Source: Callorhinchus milii (taxonomy: Eukaryota). Taken from it: DNA of 64,000 bases. Location: NCBI RefSeq assembly GCF_018977255.1, contig NW_024704742.1, positions 27,840,001-27,904,000 on the forward strand. The letters run 5' to 3'. The translations under genes and the position numbers were made by a program. Under the pieces are notes generated by a model. The model did not search any database, was not told the origin of the DNA, and saw only the letters and a program-made list of their open reading frames with translations. Shown here piece by piece: positions 63,032-64,000 of this stretch (position 1 is the stretch's first letter; the number at the start of each line of letters is the position of its first letter).

Positions 63032-63311
63032 TGGCAAGCTATGCGGTTTTAGCAGGCTGGACCCCAATGCACACTCTGAAGTCCCCAAACCTTGGCTCTT
63101 CCAACCTGTGCCTAATACTTTCCGGAATTAGGTAAGCAGAATGCGTCATTCCAGGGAGAGAGTGCGCATTCCATTTAAACAATCTGTCTCTGGGATTTCT
63201 ATGTGTAGGTGAGCTGCATGGAAATCTCAGCTTGGTTTGGATATTTTTAAGCACGGTGATGGATTTCTGCACGTGTCAATCAGACACCCTGTCGACCCCT
63301 CTAAAAAAAAA
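63032..63311 (+). repeat. Unclassified poly(A)-tailed repeat, copy F (best preserved)
   Basis: tggcaagctatgcggttttagc...cctaatactttccggaattaggtaag...gatttctatgtgtaggtgagctgcatggaaatc...cacgtgtcaatcagacaccctgtcgacc...(a)9. Confidence 0.85.
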
Positions 63312-63439
63312 TTCAAATTGCTGGTCAACTTTCGTTAAATGAGCAAAGAAAACCCTTTGGAATTGGTAAACTACACATTACTTTACTTATAAACTGAAAT
63401 ATTACTATCCTGCTCATTGTAAATATCAGTGACTAACAC

Positions 63440-63680
63440 TCCCACCTCCCTTTCCAGTTGCAAAATTCATGGTGGTCTGTATCCTAGAGATTGGCCTCTG
63501 GGTGAAGCTGTGAAATTGTGATACATTCTGCAGTTGAACAGTTTACCAATGTTCATTGTCCAGGGTCACAAATGAAGCATGGCTGCATGAGATACCTGAG
63601 AGCCTGCCAGTACCTGTGAAATCTACACCAGCATGTCATTGTATTTGGGGGTGGGGGGAAGAGACAATTTGGGGAATAAA
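63440..63680 (+). mobile_element. Ancient SINE 3' half (AmnSINE2-like, from recall)
   Basis: ggtcacaaatgaagcatggc...gatacctgagagcctgccagtacctgtgaaatctacaccagc...ggggggaagagacaatttgggg. Confidence 0.35.
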
Positions 63681-64000
63681 ACCAGTACCAGCTAAAACTC
63701 TCCTACGGCAGTCAATCCTGCAGTGACATTATATTATCTTCACTGCAAAGGATTTTAAGCTTAAGATTTCTGCCAGACTAAAGTACACATTACTAAGCAA
63801 GTTCAGATGCGCTCAAATCTGTAGTTACGCATTCCTGATGCAAGACCACTTGTGACATCTTTTATCAAACGCTCTTTGCTAATATCAGTGATTTTTTTTC
63901 CTTACCACTTCTTTACAATGTCAAATCCCATTATAAATATGTAGTGAAAAAAGCACATTTTTTGCACAGTGTAAGATATCCTCTTGCTATAATGGCTTGC

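Noticed and set aside
1..64000. CRISPR array, operon or other prokaryotic-type system
   Set aside because: There are no regularly spaced direct repeats and no gene-dense coding; the window is vertebrate intronic DNA.

Overview
Vertebrate, AT-rich, CpG-poor genomic DNA that is almost entirely intronic. The repeat repertoire (L2 and CR1 LINE relics, tRNA-headed SINEs with L2-type tails, Penelope-type remnants) suggests a cartilaginous fish, possibly a chimaera; this is an inference. The only host coding sequence I can support is one 115-nt + strand exon (42046-42160) encoding the start of the FH2 domain of a Diaphanous-related formin (DIAPH1/2/3, paralog unresolved). Nearly all listed ORFs are decayed LINE fragments or noise. 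The most interesting items are: (i) an unclassified, stem-loop-rich, poly(A)-tailed repeat with 7 copies; (ii) a 70-bp inverted repeat (67/70) enclosing a SINE whose head was converted into a hairpin; (iii) a CpG-enriched promoter/first-exon-like island inside the intron; (iv) Penelope-type hammerhead remnants; (v) near-identical inverted SINEs bracketing the exon. I found no evidence of a novel multi-gene system. Repeat boundaries are read by eye (about +/-20 bp), and family names come from recalled motifs, not database searches.
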